Part shown: positions 46,501 through 55,595 of the stretch, piece after piece
Layout of the letters: each line of letters starts with the position of its first letter
How positions within the stretch are numbered: the stretch's first letter is position 1
Source: an uncultured Clostridia bacterium
Lineage (GTDB): Bacteria; Bacillota; Clostridia; Christensenellales; UBA1242
DNA length: 64,000 bases
Direction of reading: 5' to 3'
NCBI GenBank assembly: GCA_944372585.1
Contig: CALVZQ010000002.1
Location: 31,425-95,424 of the forward strand
Position numbers and translations under genes: made by a program
Notes under the pieces: generated by a model
The model's database searches: none
Told to the model about the DNA's origin: nothing
The model's input: the letters and a program-made list of their open reading frames with translations, nothing else

Positions 46501-49500
46501 CTTGCAGCTTCTTCAGTGTTCTTGTAAAAATAATCTGGATTTGTTAGGTCAATTCCTGTTATTCCTGCCTCATAATACAAAAGTTGCGTTGCACTGTTTG
46601 CATCTGAGAATTTGATATTGACGGTCTCGTCTGTGTTGTAAAGAATGTAGTTGTACAGATTTCCATCTGAATAACAATTTCGTAGTGATTGATCTGTTGA
46701 ACTGTCAACTCCCAACATTCCAATATTGGCAGAATCATCAATGGCAATGTAACCTAACGTATTGGACAAAGTTGGTGTTGCAAGCTTATAGACATTGGAA
46801 ACTTGATAAATCTCGCTGTCAACAAAAATTGAGTTTGTTCTGACTTCTCCAAATAATACGAATTTGATATAGTCATAAAGTCCATAACCAAGACCATCAA
46901 GTGAAAATTTTGAATTTACCATATTTCCGTCAATTTCTTCAATTTCTGGTTCTGAACTTGTGTTTTTCTTGTAGATCACAGTTGTTTTTCTGTTGTTTAC
47001 AGAACCCCAAACAAATTCGCCTTCAACAAGCGAGAAGGTGTCATTAAATCCAAGTAATGTCAGGCTGAAAAACTCTGACTTGCTTGATGTTGAAAAATTT
47101 GTTCCAACTGCATATATTTGCATTTTGTATGTCTTTCCCGAACCAATCTCATCTCCAAAGCGCCCCATGATTGAGTCTCCGTTGTTTTGGTTGAGATAAA
47201 CCATCAAATAATCTCCACCAGAAATCAATTGTCCGGAAGAATCGGTTTCATAAACACTGACAGAACCTGGAACATCGCCTCCAACATAAGTCAAATTCCA
47301 ATTTGAAATCCCTTTTGAAATTGCAAAGACGTATTTGTTGTCGGCATCGTCATAGATCTTCAAATTGTAACTTTCTGCTTCCTTTGAAACATAGGCATTT
47401 TCCAAATAATCATGTATTTGACTTTTCTTAATCAGAAGTTGATATGAGTTTATTGAAATATCGTTGACATTTTCAACCTTAAAAGCTTTTACTATCGGTT
47501 CGCCATTGACATACAAAACGTTTTCTCCGTTGTCATTTGCAAATGTGTACCAAGAAGAATTCAATGTCTTAACATTTCCCAACAGACAATACTCCACTTT
47601 ATAACTTCCCATTTGCACAGATTCAAACAAATCATCAAAAAGTGTCTGTGAGTTTGCTATTCCAAAACTTCCATTTTCAACAACCAATTCTCTAAATCTT
47701 GAAATGACGTCTTGCACTGCGGACGAACCTGCATTTGCATATATGTCGTCCAATCTGGTTAAAACATCAAATCCTTGATCTTGCTCTGCAGCAAAATCAA
47801 TCAAACTTGACAGCAAGTAAATTGCATTGATATCAAAAGATTTTCTGATTCCTTCCGTACCACTTTCCAAAGAAGTAAACCTTATCCTCAGATAAATATT
47901 ATTGTTAACCAAATCTTGCACTGTGAATGTGAATGGACTTGTAAACACAGTGTTCATGAATCCTTCAACAATTTGGGAGTAATCTCCATCTCCTGTGAGA
48001 AGTTTGTAGAAATCTCCTTCAGCATTCCAATCAAAATAAAGTTTTCCATCTTTCAATTTTAGAGGCGTATTTATTTGGTTTTTATAAACCAAAACTGGCT
48101 CATAACTCTGTTCATCAACAATGAATGACCTTATTGATGACAACAAAAATGGATCTTCCGCAATGCCTTGCACTGCCAAATAATATGAATTTTCCGTTCC
48201 AACAAACTCTGATGCATTGAAATATGTATTGGTGGTGGCAAAATAATTGTATTTTTCTCCAAGTTGATCTCCATTCAAATCTTGAATGAAATAAACATAA
48301 TATTTTGTTGTTTTTTCTCCGTTGGCAGACCAATACAAATCTCCTGCCGACAAGTTTAAAAATCTAACCGCTGGCAATCTTTCAAATTCAAAAACCTTGT
48401 CATTGCTTGCAGACAACCAATCGGAAAGCACAAATTTGTGCAAATTATTCTCACCAGAAGCGGAAATTTCCACTTGTAGCTTTGCAAATTCCACAAGGAA
48501 GATTCCTGTTAAGTTTTTCAAATCTTCTTGTTCAAAAATTTCTGTCAAGTTTACAGAGAAAACCTTTTCATTATAAAAATAATCATGTCCTGTTATTTGT
48601 TCTTTTGTCAAAAATTTGATAGTTGAAAAAGATTCTCCGATGTCATTTTCTTCTCCTTCCTCTGTTTGCAATTGAGTGACTCTGACGAAAAATCCCAACG
48701 TTTGCAAACTTCCTTCAACATCAGTGTCATTGAATATTGCAAATGTGTTTACATAATCCTCAGGGAATACTGAATCTTCACCAAGATCGCCAACTTTTTT
48801 GACTTCAACAAATTGAGTTTCTGTGACATAACTGAACGTGAAAGTATAAGGTTTTGAAACAACATAACTTCCAGATATGTTTGTTGTCTCTCTGTATGAC
48901 CAAAAATAAATGTTGAAATTTGAATTGATATTCAAATCATATCCAGCTTCTTCAAATAAGCCGATCAAATTAATAAAAGAATATGCATAGACAACTCTCA
49001 TATCTTCATCAGCTGTCGTCGCTTGGGTAGGCACAAAACTTACCACATCTTCGGTCAAAATTGCGTCTTCAGTTAAACCTGCGAAAAGACTGGTGAAACT
49101 GTTTGGAGTCATTGTGAAAGCCAAACTTGAAGGCAACAATTCATGATATCCAACTTCATATATTTCATCATTAACAACGAATGTCAAATCATTTCCAACT
49201 GTCGTTGTTGCCACTGAATCCAAAACAAAAATGTAATCCGCCGAAGAAGCTGGCTCTTCAATTGCACTGCCCACAGCAATGATCTCAACATTAAACAAAG
49301 TCCCAGTTGCGACTATGCTTGAAGAATCCAACCTTGTTGTGCCTGCAGTTGCCTCAACAACTTTCCAAGTTTGCAATTCTGATGATCCTGAAGCATCAAC
49401 AAATCTATAAATATATGTAGTTCCAACTTGACTTGCAAAAACAATGCTGCCAAAAGTATCAACCATTATGTCCGTTGTTTGAATCCCATTTCCCTTGATT

Positions 49501-52500
49501 GTTCCATTAAATTCAAAAGCAAGAGAATTGTTGAGCCCACTTCCTCCAACTGTGACTATTTCAAAAACCACATTAATGTCGGACAGTAAGTCAAATGCCG
49601 TCAATTTTCCATAAGCAAGCAAATCTTGATATCCTTCTCCAAAAATTTCTGACACAGAATATGAAATTTTCCCATCAACTGGTGTCATCTGAGATCCTGC
49701 AGACGCATGATATGCAACAGAGTCAAAACTGTAAAGCAAATTTGTTCTGTCAACATCTGATTGTGCATAGACATTCAAGATATATCCAGTGGCATTTGAA
49801 ACTTCGTCCCAAGACAAAATGACTTTTGACATGTCGTCAACATCTCTTTCCATTGTCACAGTCTTTATGCTGTCGATTCTGTTAAGACCAAAATTTATGA
49901 CGTTTGCAACAGAATTGACATAGCCATTTTCAGTTGCATAGATTGTTAAGTCATAATTTCCATTGGTCCAACTATTTGGAAACACAAAATAAAATTTCCC
50001 ATTTTCTGCAGACACTTCAAATCTTGAATCACCATACTCTACGACATAAATTGTTGACAAATTATTAATAGAAGAGTCAATTGTGAAACCTCCAGATTCT
50101 TTTGTCACGGTCTCCACTTGATTTAGAACATTGTAGGTGTTTCCCTCAAAAATGATTGGAGGCGCAAGATAATAAAGTTTATTTGTGTCGTCAGCATAAT
50201 TGTTGATGAAACCAGAAACCTTAATAGATCCGCCATTTGCAAGATTTTGACTGAAGAAATCAGACATATCGTATGTCACTTGTGCTGAAATTTCCCCGAC
50301 AGGAACTTGCAAATATTCAGTCTTGATTTCTCCACCATTCTCTTGATATGTCACTTGCAAAACAACTCCGCCTGCCGTCCTATCGAGAAACTCTGGATCA
50401 AATTTGATTATCAAATTTTGATTATGTTTTTCTCCCACAGCTTCAAAATCCAAACCTTGAAGATCAACTGTTCTTTGAATGTCCACACTTCCTTCAGATG
50501 ATGGAATGTCAATTGAGCTCAGTGCCATGATTTTGACGGTCATTTCCCCACCCAAAGCAATGCTGTTGTTATAATTTTCTCTAGTCAAAGTGAAGGTATA
50601 TTTTTCATCAATCAATGATATATTACTTGTCAAAACTGGAGTGTCGTTGTCGTTTATGTAGATGCTAAATGTTCCTGAATTCCCATAATTCCCAACAAAA
50701 GAGATTTGAATGTTTGGAAATTGTGCATTTGCCAATTCGTCATAAACAAATTCCACACCAACAACTTCTGGCGTTGTAAGTTTTTTTATTGTTCCGTCAG
50801 TTGAATACAACCAGTGATTGTTTTCAATCTCTCCATTAAGCAGTTCGACATCAAGAGCATAATAAATTGTTCCACCCGCATAAACCGTATAACTATCCAA
50901 ATAAGCCGACACTTCAACTTCAATGTCTCCAGCCCTTAAACTTGAAATGCTTTCATACAGATTTGTATTCGTTGTCAAATTAACACTTGTGTCTTGCGTT
51001 TTGTGAATCACATTTTTTCCATCAAGATCCTTGAAAATGACGATATAATTTAGACTTTCAATTCCTGTGTTCTGTCCAAACCTTTCCCATGAGAAAACAT
51101 TGTTTGCGAATGTCACAGCTATGTTTGTTGGTTTGATAGTTTCCATTTCTGCCAACGTCCAAGTTGCAGAAGGACTGTCGATATAGAAAATTGTCGAATT
51201 TTGATTTTGAACTTTTTTCCCAACAACTTTCAAAGTGTAGTCACCACTTCCAGAAATAGCAATTTCTCCAGTCGTATTTTCTGTGGTTGAAGACGATGTT
51301 TTGACTTCCACATAATCACAAAAATCTCTTTCTGAAGTGCTGATTTCATAACTTAAATTTGCTTCTGTCGTCAAAGTTAATTGTGACAAGGCTTTCAATT
51401 TGTAAATTGATATTATGTTTGAGTTGTCAGATTCCAAATAATAGGGATTTGAAACTTTAACATAAAAATTGTAATATGTCGAATCCTCAAAACTTGAACT
51501 TGACATACTGTAAGAGAATGTCCCGACCAATTCAGATCCATATTCAACGTCGTCCATATAAATTTGATAAGCCGTTTCAGAAGCCACCAATGCATTTGTG
51601 TCTATCTCTTCCCAAGATAAAGTATAATCTGTTGCAGAATATGAAAATGACAGTTGTGTTGCCAGCATTTTCTCCACAACCAATTCCGTCTTTCCAGCGT
51701 CTCCATATATGGTTGCGTTTGGAGAAGACAATATCATTCCAGAACCATCTATCAAAGTTTGGTATGCATAAAGCGAAAACGTTATATCTGTAACCTGATT
51801 GTAAATTCCTGAAATTTGTTCGTTTGTTTTTATGATGTCTATAAGTGCACTCAATTTGATTTCAAAATTGTTGCCAGAATTTGAAATAAAATTTGCTTTA
51901 GGACCAAGTTGAACACTTATATTATTATAAACAACAGAAACCGTTTGATCAAATTTCACACTAATTAGAATGTCACCAATTGGGGTTGAACAACCCAGAT
52001 CCAAAACATAGTATTTTGACCCAGATGATGCCACATGTTCAAAAGTGAAACTTCCATCATAATATCTCAGATTGTTTGGCGCTTGAAGACGAGAAAAATT
52101 AAGAGTCGTTTCTGTGCTGTCCAAATAAACCTTTCCATTTACATCATGATAAATTCCTTCATTGTCCTCATCAGTGCCATACAATTTCATAACAAGAGCA
52201 AAATTGTTTAGATCTGAAATATTCAACACTGGGTATTCTCCATTTGTTTTGTCACTAAATTTGTTGTCGCTCTCCCAAATTCTGCCCCCTGTGGCCCCTT
52301 CTCTTTCTTTGATAGTCACAGTTGTTGTCAATTCATCAACAACCAAATCTTCATAGGCAACAGTTGCCAATCTTTCAATAGATAAGATTGTAGGATTGCT
52401 TTCAACATAGATCGTTTCATCTTGAGCATGTCCGACAATTGAAAGTTCCACAGCAGTTCCCCCAAGTGAAAAATCTTCAGAAAGCAAGTATATGTTGAAA

Positions 52501-54767
52501 TCTCCGTCAGAGATTTCAAAGAAATCACTGTGAGAGCTTCCAACTGTCAATTCATAACTGTCAATATTTTCAGCATTTGCAACTTTAACAAAATAACCAG
52601 AACTTGCTGTGAAACCGCTATGATTCAAATAATCAGCATCATAACCAAACTGAACTGTTCCATTGACAAGTTGTTCTGCAATGTAAAAAACTTCTTCCAA
52701 ACAGTCTATTGAGGAGATGAATTCGTTTGCATTATTTGAGACTGCAAACACTTTCACATAATAATATCCCACTTTTGAAAAAGTGTAACTTGCATCAACT
52801 GTGTTTTCTTCTTGTTTAGAAAGCCCTTCAACATCAATTGATATTTCTTCTTGATTGGATTCATATGTATCTTTGTCAATTTCATAAATTTCCAATCTGT
52901 AACCGTCCGCATTATCTACAGAATTCCAAGTGTAAGTTTTAACTGTCGAATTTCCACTGTCAGCAGAAGTTGGAGCAGAAAGAAGCGTCAATGTCTTCGT
53001 CAAAGAAGAGTTGATTGCCAGTTTGTCATCGTCAGTTTTTGCAACAACTTTAAATTGATAAACTTCAATGCCCTCATATGCACTTGCTTCAAACAAAGAT
53101 TCAATTTTGTCAACAAATTTGAAAGAAACACTGCTTTCCACTGTCTCCAGCAAATATTTTTCTGCATCAACAATTTCAAAGTCAACACCATTGTAAAGAT
53201 ATAAATCATAGTTTGTGGCATTTTCAACTGCTTCAAATGTCAAAACTGATTTTTCTTCCACATAACTGTGTGTTATTCCCGATTCAACATCAAAAGCAGA
53301 AACTTTAACAACATTCAACTGAGTGCTTGCATCAGAATTGATCACATACACATCTTCTCCAGCAATTTGATTGCTGTCAGATCTTGCGGCGTTATAAGCC
53401 GACAGATCATATTTCCCTGATTGAAGGATCTCAACTGAAATGTTCTTGGAAACTTCATCAACAGACAGTCCTTCAACAACAACATTGTTTCCAAGTCCGA
53501 GAATCAAAACATTGCTTTCAATCAAACTTTGAGTCGTTGTAACTTGAGCTTTGAATGTTGTTCCATCGATTTCATTATCTCCAATACCTACAAAAGCCAA
53601 TGCCGGCATCTTGTAAATTTTTCCAAGTGCAAAAGCATCACTCGCATAAAACAAACCACTTTCATTAATTGCCGAAACACCAACCTCATAAACACCAGAA
53701 GCAAGTCCATTCAAATTTGTTTTGATGTCCGTTCCAGAATTTTCAAAACTTATTGTCGAACTGTCATCTGTTTCAACACTTTTCAAAACAATTTGATATT
53801 TTTGAACCTGAGAGTCCGATTTTATTTCAAGAAGTCCACCTTCATTTGCTGAAAAAACATAGTTTGCAGTTGGAACATCAAGCTTGACAATTTCCAACTC
53901 TTCGCTTTCCATAGCAATTTTTTGTTCTGCATCATCATAAACCAAAACAGAAACTGAATGTAAACCTGCATTTGCAGAATAAAAATAATCTGACAAATCT
54001 TTTGTTGTCGATGTTTGAAAATCGTCAAGAAGAATGTTGTCCATCTTAACTTTATATTTCGCACCAGCAATTGCACTCCAAGACAGAGTCCCTTCGACAG
54101 AATTCCAGTTCAAATTTTCTTCGGTCAACTTGTCCATATATCCATAATACAAAGTTTGCACTTGTGAGTCCATGCTGTCGTCAAAATAGCCAGTCCCTTG
54201 AGCAGAAACAGTCAGACTGTAAACCCCATATTCAGTCAACTGAAAACTGTTTGTCGAAACAGTTTCGTTGATTGACACAATCTTATCGACAGTTTCTGGC
54301 TCATTTGCCAAGTACGTAGTGCGAGTTCCTTCCACAACATAACTTTGAGCAATGGTTGGTGTCTCTTCATTCTCAAAATATCCAAAAACACTTCCCCACG
54401 ACAATAGTCCCGTCTCGCTTAACGAAAAATCTGTGGGTGCAGAAAATTTTTTCTTAACAACAATCTGCATTGAAGCCAAATTGTTGTTTTGATATGTAGC
54501 ATAGACAAAAGTCTTTCCAGAATTTTGAGCAGTTGCCACCCTTCCATTCAACTCGACAATTGACGGATTTGAGAATCTGTATGAAATTTCATTTGTGTCC
54601 ACGCCAACAACATTCAAATAGTTATCCAAAGAAATATCATCTCCCAATAAAACAACGATTTCATTTTGGGAAAATGAAGCCTCTGCTTTTTTTAATGAGC
54701 ATGCCATAAGAACACTACTCAACAAAATAGTCATAATTGACATCAACACAATGCTAAATTTTTTCAT
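43503..54767 (-). CDS. giant predicted lipoprotein (3,754 aa): Big_2-like, many FN3-like modules, C-terminal GLUG-like beta-helix head
   Basis: Uninterrupted 11.3-kb ORF. ATG 54767 has GAGAGG 8 nt upstream. MKKFSIVLMSIMTILLSSVLMACS carries the lipobox LMAC. No C-terminal anchor. Confidence 0.9.
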   Translation of the reverse strand: MKKFSIVLMSIMTILLSSVLMACSLKKAEASFSQNEIVVLLGDDISLDNYLNVVGVDTNEISYRFSNPSIVELNGRVATAQNSGKTFVYATYQNNNLASMQIVVKKKFSAPTDFSLSETGLLSWGSVFGYFENEETPTIAQSYVVEGTRTTYLANEPETVDKIVSINETVSTNSFQLTEYGVYSLTVSAQGTGYFDDSMDSQVQTLYYGYMDKLTEENLNWNSVEGTLSWSAIAGAKYKVKMDNILLDDFQTSTTKDLSDYFYSANAGLHSVSVLVYDDAEQKIAMESEELEIVKLDVPTANYVFSANEGGLLEIKSDSQVQKYQIVLKSVETDDSSTISFENSGTDIKTNLNGLASGVYEVGVSAINESGLFYASDAFALGKIYKMPALAFVGIGDNEIDGTTFKAQVTTTQSLIESNVLILGLGNNVVVEGLSVDEVSKNISVEILQSGKYDLSAYNAARSDSNQIAGEDVYVINSDASTQLNVVKVSAFDVESGITHSYVEEKSVLTFEAVENATNYDLYLYNGVDFEIVDAEKYLLETVESSVSFKFVDKIESLFEASAYEGIEVYQFKVVAKTDDDKLAINSSLTKTLTLLSAPTSADSGNSTVKTYTWNSVDNADGYRLEIYEIDKDTYESNQEEISIDVEGLSKQEENTVDASYTFSKVGYYYVKVFAVSNNANEFISSIDCLEEVFYIAEQLVNGTVQFGYDADYLNHSGFTASSGYFVKVANAENIDSYELTVGSSHSDFFEISDGDFNIYLLSEDFSLGGTAVELSIVGHAQDETIYVESNPTILSIERLATVAYEDLVVDELTTTVTIKEREGATGGRIWESDNKFSDKTNGEYPVLNISDLNNFALVMKLYGTDEDNEGIYHDVNGKVYLDSTETTLNFSRLQAPNNLRYYDGSFTFEHVASSGSKYYVLDLGCSTPIGDILISVKFDQTVSVVYNNISVQLGPKANFISNSGNNFEIKLSALIDIIKTNEQISGIYNQVTDITFSLYAYQTLIDGSGMILSSPNATIYGDAGKTELVVEKMLATQLSFSYSATDYTLSWEEIDTNALVASETAYQIYMDDVEYGSELVGTFSYSMSSSSFEDSTYYNFYVKVSNPYYLESDNSNIISIYKLKALSQLTLTTEANLSYEISTSERDFCDYVEVKTSSSTTENTTGEIAISGSGDYTLKVVGKKVQNQNSTIFYIDSPSATWTLAEMETIKPTNIAVTFANNVFSWERFGQNTGIESLNYIVIFKDLDGKNVIHKTQDTSVNLTTNTNLYESISSLRAGDIEVEVSAYLDSYTVYAGGTIYYALDVELLNGEIENNHWLYSTDGTIKKLTTPEVVGVEFVYDELANAQFPNIQISFVGNYGNSGTFSIYINDNDTPVLTSNISLIDEKYTFTLTRENYNNSIALGGEMTVKIMALSSIDIPSSEGSVDIQRTVDLQGLDFEAVGEKHNQNLIIKFDPEFLDRTAGGVVLQVTYQENGGEIKTEYLQVPVGEISAQVTYDMSDFFSQNLANGGSIKVSGFINNYADDTNKLYYLAPPIIFEGNTYNVLNQVETVTKESGGFTIDSSINNLSTIYVVEYGDSRFEVSAENGKFYFVFPNSWTNGNYDLTIYATENGYVNSVANVINFGLNRIDSIKTVTMERDVDDMSKVILSWDEVSNATGYILNVYAQSDVDRTNLLYSFDSVAYHASAGSQMTPVDGKISYSVSEIFGEGYQDLLAYGKLTAFDLLSDINVVFEIVTVGGSGLNNSLAFEFNGTIKGNGIQTTDIMVDTFGSIVFASQVGTTYIYRFVDASGSSELQTWKVVEATAGTTRLDSSSIVATGTLFNVEIIAVGSAIEEPASSADYIFVLDSVATTTVGNDLTFVVNDEIYEVGYHELLPSSLAFTMTPNSFTSLFAGLTEDAILTEDVVSFVPTQATTADEDMRVVYAYSFINLIGLFEEAGYDLNINSNFNIYFWSYRETTNISGSYVVSKPYTFTFSYVTETQFVEVKKVGDLGEDSVFPEDYVNTFAIFNDTDVEGSLQTLGFFVRVTQLQTEEGEENDIGESFSTIKFLTKEQITGHDYFYNEKVFSVNLTEIFEQEDLKNLTGIFLVEFAKLQVEISASGENNLHKFVLSDWLSASNDKVFEFERLPAVRFLNLSAGDLYWSANGEKTTKYYVYFIQDLNGDQLGEKYNYFATTNTYFNASEFVGTENSYYLAVQGIAEDPFLLSSIRSFIVDEQSYEPVLVYKNQINTPLKLKDGKLYFDWNAEGDFYKLLTGDGDYSQIVEGFMNTVFTSPFTFTVQDLVNNNIYLRIRFTSLESGTEGIRKSFDINAIYLLSSLIDFAAEQDQGFDVLTRLDDIYANAGSSAVQDVISRFRELVVENGSFGIANSQTLFDDLFESVQMGSYKVEYCLLGNVKTLNSSWYTFANDNGENVLYVNGEPIVKAFKVENVNDISINSYQLLIKKSQIHDYLENAYVSKEAESYNLKIYDDADNKYVFAISKGISNWNLTYVGGDVPGSVSVYETDSSGQLISGGDYLMVYLNQNNGDSIMGRFGDEIGSGKTYKMQIYAVGTNFSTSSKSEFFSLTLLGFNDTFSLVEGEFVWGSVNNRKTTVIYKKNTSSEPEIEEIDGNMVNSKFSLDGLGYGLYDYIKFVLFGEVRTNSIFVDSEIYQVSNVYKLATPTLSNTLGYIAIDDSANIGMLGVDSSTDQSLRNCYSDGNLYNYILYNTDETVNIKFSDANSATQLLYYEAGITGIDLTNPDYFYKNTEEAAREFHVASLGSTAGLNIEADLSLYYLNHIYCKDVSTGESTSKSIALRSGVANINASMLDSVQNVTIENSVLKWNEVTGKSGDFALAVPETGNVDVVYKITVVQYRISNTDEDGETETNVGSEYYYYTTNNSFDFAIINEDQIVATDEKTYLKATVQALALVVTDRLPSGQYVSLVEGGYAYGNVQYEGTDTYVLMGNGAILRSIDRFEPIDTESFEIVDGSLYWSYTTNSSVTDTTFFEQYSFVVTDSNGKEVSGSFAIDTFSVDAETSTSVFRIKFTEDPGALPEGQHVLHVYVTQGSNNDDLMIKSFGRTVEILKLGTVTSDDFIITSDGNLETLDFENYFLDQNSNNIVAEIKVLSGSDVIDEKTITFTREQYRLYVLRDAEDVDLIASYPEEYVTEYIVISEDQTAQLLFEVKNFSSTNVLYSDLSEEFVLQRSNWGEDSEIVWNEETQTFSWQYTGQYSFKSTTVAEKVREVDVLVANTILYVDSSLQESSDITLRGGDEIVVESVTEESAQIFYQGETYYISLDSYQTQRVVEEEETFGMSTLFRIISNEGEKTLIQIGNVALYLVDTSAIVEPVYIVEVTYGSEPNQIERTYVTTEATFTPTIISDQVRLKVSIKLGNSNIQSKELVFTNDDLTDFVSFDLFESGSGTAESPYVIVNNEQFRNLEKRMSKDENLINYTENGIEVVEEEQYYFSLQTNIVLSENGDESSYISGTYFSGNFDGIIEGNENTISYISSGVARLSQGILVSEGFVLGPGTETSTTFNYGTALFETLSDKSSVRNLNIDVTYGIGNVIIPNHSLMAGLAITNSGRIENVTLVGFNNSFVGYSAPNIRIMMIYSGLVSKNEGVVANISNSSVETSMILNDGNQSQVIMASGIAFMNFATIENCEVGGDANENYSIEITCQRIDSSSTITNTIQVAGVVITNSSSATLRNCSNYFDITVECAQTQNQVSVYVAGVADYGKGEVDNVFNYGSITTLNISAGNLHQGDTIIS
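43506..44560 (-). other. C-terminal head of giant protein 2: G-S-G-T-A-E-S-P-Y module plus about 5 GLUG-like beta-helix turns
   Basis: GSGTAESPYVIVNNEQFRNL...YFSGNFDGIIEGNENTISYI, then MAGLAITNSGRIENV, YSGLVSKNEGVVANI, ASGIAFMNFATIENC, VAGVVITNSSSATLRNC, VAGVADYGKGEVDNV. Confidence 0.6.
45100..54440 (-). other. stalk of at least 10 divergent FN3-like modules
   Basis: Recurrent L-x-W-x-x-V/I...A-x-x-Y-x-V signature: GLLSWGSV, GTLSWSAIAGAKYKVKM, YTWNSVDNADGYRLEIY, YTLSWEEID...AYQIYM, NVFSWERFG, VILSWDEVSNATGYILNVY, GDLYWSANG...YYVYF, GEFVWGSV, SVLKWNEVTG, QTFSWQYTG. Boundaries approximate. Confidence 0.5.
54453..54680 (-). other. Big_2-like (bacterial Ig-like group 2) module of giant protein 2
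   Basis: FSQNEIVVLLGDDISLDNYLNVVGVDTNEISYRFSNPSIVELNGRVATAQNSGKTFVYATYQNN fits the Big_2 pattern (x-V-x-x-G...S-S-N-x-x-V-A-x-V-x-x-x-G-x-V-T-A-x-x-x-G-x-A-x-I-x-A). Confidence 0.55.
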
Positions 54768-54820
54768 ATAGAAAACCTCTCTAAAATTTTCTCTGCCGTT
54801 AGTCTATCTAAATCAAAATT

Positions 54821-54850
54821 ATTTTACCACTTATCAACAAAATTTATCAA
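54821..54850 (-). promoter_or_regulatory. candidate promoter of giant gene 2: TTGATA-18 nt-(TGG)TAAAAT
   Basis: Revcomp of 54845-54850 is TTGATA and revcomp of 54821-54826 is TAAAAT, with a TGn extended -10. Predicted leader of about 46 nt. Confidence 0.5.
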
Positions 54851-55032
54851 ATAAAAAACAAAGAAAAAATGAATTTATATAAATAAATATTTATATAATA
54901 AAAAGGCCATTTTGATTTAAAATTATTTTTATTTAATTTTTAAATTTAGCAAATTTCAAAAATAGACCCAAACATCATTATTTTGCGCATAATAAAAATA
55001 GCTAAAAAAACATAATAAAAATCAAAAATATC

Positions 55033-55094
55033 AAAAAATGCATCAAAAATTCAATATTTTTTATTTTTTTAATTATTTTTTTGCATTTTTTATT
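55033..55094. repeat. imperfect AT-rich inverted repeat. Its right arm (55074-55094) is identical over 21 nt to 33660-33680 and likewise straddles a stop codon
   Basis: 55074-55094 TATTTTTTTGCATTTTTTATT equals 33660-33680. The left arm AAAAAATGCATCAAAAAT (55033-55050) pairs with it at 2 mismatches. Confidence 0.65.
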
Positions 55095-55560
55095 CTATTA
55101 AATTATTTTTGAAATAATTTTCTTTCAAAATTCTCAAGCTCACTTTTTTATTTTCCAAAACAATTTTAAGTTTCTCTCTGATGATTTTGTTTTCAATTTT
55201 GGCAATCATGCTTTTGACTTCAATCACATTGATTTCCAACAGTTCAATATCATACAAGAAGATTTTGTCAAAATTTTTGACATAGTCAACATTATATCCT
55301 GACAAAAATTTTCTGGAACTGGAATAAAATTTGTTATCACCACCCATTCTCAACAAAAGTTCACAAAGAATGGTGCAGTTTTCCAGTTCGTTCTCGTACA
55401 ACGTTTTGAAACATTCACTGTATTGATTTGCAAAAATCACACTCTGATTAAATTGATAAAAAAAGTGCATAAAGGCAGAAAAACAACCTTTTGCACCAGC
55501 ATAGAAATTCTGAATCAGCCCTTCATAATATGAGTTTACTTTCAAAAAAGGTTCTTTCAT
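55090..55560 (-). CDS. hypothetical all-helical protein (156 aa), possibly a degenerate ferritin-like four-helix bundle
   Basis: LIQNFYAGAKGCFSAFMHFFYQ and YENELENCTILCELLLRMGG loosely resemble ferritin-like/CotJC-type helices. The E-x-x-H metal motifs are absent (only one His in the protein), so the product call is weak. Confidence 0.55.
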   Translation of the reverse strand: MKEPFLKVNSYYEGLIQNFYAGAKGCFSAFMHFFYQFNQSVIFANQYSECFKTLYENELENCTILCELLLRMGGDNKFYSSSRKFLSGYNVDYVKNFDKIFLYDIELLEINVIEVKSMIAKIENKIIREKLKIVLENKKVSLRILKENYFKNNLIE

Positions 55561-55595
55561 ACTCTTTAATATGATAAAAACTCAAATTATGACAA

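Noticed and set aside
54875-54898. An A/T-only inverted repeat, TTATATAAATA-AA-TATTTATATAA, 25-48 nt upstream of the giant-2 -35 hexamer.
   Set aside because: Pure A/T palindromes of this size are expected by chance in a spacer with almost no G/C. It may act as an UP-element-like tract, but there is no basis for calling it a specific site.
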